From: Trueperaceae bacterium
Lineage (GTDB): Bacteria > Deinococcota > Deinococci > Deinococcales > Trueperaceae
Assembly: GCA_040905465.1 (NCBI GenBank)
Contig: JBBDRK010000056.1
Span: 53,253-93,867 of the forward strand
Length of the DNA stretch: 40,615 nucleotides
Direction of reading: 5' to 3'
The position numbers were made by a program, and so were the translations under genes. Of this stretch, positions 39,776 through 40,615 are shown in pieces; positions within the stretch are counted from its first letter, which is position 1, and each line of letters begins with the position of its first letter. Below the pieces are notes generated by a model that did no database searches, was not told where the DNA came from, and saw nothing but the letters and a program-made list of their open reading frames with translations.

Positions 39776-40415
39776 CACCCCCGGGCCGACCGTCCCTTAC
39801 GGCCGCTCGGTCTTGAGGTGACGGCGCCAGTGCGACCACGGCGAACAGGACAGAGCGGACACCGGCCGACTCCAGTGCCGCACGGCATGCTGCAAGGGTA
39901 GCGCCGGTGGTCAGGACGTCATCGATCAGCAGCACCACAGAGGGCTGGACACCGACGGTTCGGAACGCGCCACTGATGTTTCGCCGTCGATCGCGAGCAC
40001 TCAGCCGTGCTTGCTGTGGTGTGTCGCGCGTTCGTTCGAGAGCTCGGTCGAACGGGAGTCGCAGCCGCCCGGCCACGTCGCCAGCCAGGAGTCGTGCCTG
40101 GTCGAAACCGCGGCTTCTGACTCGCCGGCGGTGAAGCGGCACGTGACTCACGACGTCCGGCGTCCAGCGGCGTTCCCGGATCACAGAGGCGAGCGCTTCT
40201 GCGAATAAGGGCGCCAGGCGCCGGCTGCCCTGGAACTTGTACGCGAGAAGGGCCTGTCGCAGGTCCCCCCGATAGAAGCCGAGAGCTGTCAAGGCGTGAA
40301 GGCGGATGGGCCGGAACAACCCGGAGCGGCAACGGCCACAGCAGCCGGCCGCGCCCGACCAGTCCCGGCGACAGATCGGACACAGGAGCAAGCCGTTGAG
40401 TGGGTCCACCGGCAT
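39765..40415 (-). CDS. comF: ComF family phosphoribosyltransferase-like protein
   Basis: CPIC...CGRC, VPLHRRR...RGFDQA, LLIDDVLTTGATL. Confidence 0.92.
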   Translation of the reverse strand: MPVDPLNGLLLCPICRRDWSGAAGCCGRCRSGLFRPIRLHALTALGFYRGDLRQALLAYKFQGSRRLAPLFAEALASVIRERRWTPDVVSHVPLHRRRVRSRGFDQARLLAGDVAGRLRLPFDRALERTRDTPQQARLSARDRRRNISGAFRTVGVQPSVVLLIDDVLTTGATLAACRAALESAGVRSVLFAVVALAPSPQDRAAVRDGRPGGVRS

Positions 40416-40506
40416 GAGCGATCTTGTGCCGCTAGGTCCGGCCGGCAGGTTGACCGCCGAGCAGTTGCCCAAATGTCTTGGGCGACGGCCCGGCGAAACC
40501 GCTGAA

Positions 40507-40615
40507 TCAGCTCCGGCGGGTTGCGAGCGACTGCAGTAGGAGCAGGAGATCGTCCAGCGCTCCGGCCTCAGGCCAGGCAGCGGGACCGTCAGGCGCCGGC
40601 TCGCATGCCGACGTA
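40507..40615 (-). CDS. Possible 3' end of a gene entering from the right edge
   Basis: Open frame ...WPEAGALDDLLLLLQSLATRRS*; too short to assign. Confidence 0.3.
   Translation of the reverse strand, partial: TSACEPAPDGPAAWPEAGALDDLLLLLQSLATRRS

Overview
GC-rich bacterial chromosome segment, most likely Deinococcota (Trueperaceae-like). This is inferred from a DUF1999-like gene, EF-P with a KIGRGG loop, a Cys-less HMA protein and many leaderless TANNNT promoters. The backbone is housekeeping: mnmE, hemL, truA, Asp23-DAK2, pyrF, secA, rsmD, ddl, efp-accB-accC-Asp23-nusB-folD and comF. The main result is a 10-gene, co-oriented minus-strand cluster (21146-34384) that looks like a complete glycosphingolipid/ceramide synthesis and export system. 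It encodes a serine palmitoyltransferase-like enzyme, a bacterial ceramide synthase (bCerS)-like GNAT, a CPBP membrane protein, an extended SDR reductase, two GT28/MGDG-synthase-like glycosyltransferases, an LPG-synthase-TM flippase-like protein, a FtsX-type ABC transporter and an MMPL/RND pump. A 13-codon uORF is coupled to the bCerS start. The second result is a tnpB-only IS200/IS605 element whose ends, predicted target motif (TCAT) and guide can be read from the sequence. It sits exactly between the Shine-Dalgarno and the ATG of a lipoprotein gene, with an 18-bp duplication at its left junction. Also present: a doubly inactivated HigB with intact HigA, a hidden frameshifted MazG-like pseudogene, an MFS remnant and an 8x15-bp tandem repeat. 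No rRNA, tRNA or CRISPR array was seen. All family assignments come from motif recognition, not database searches.
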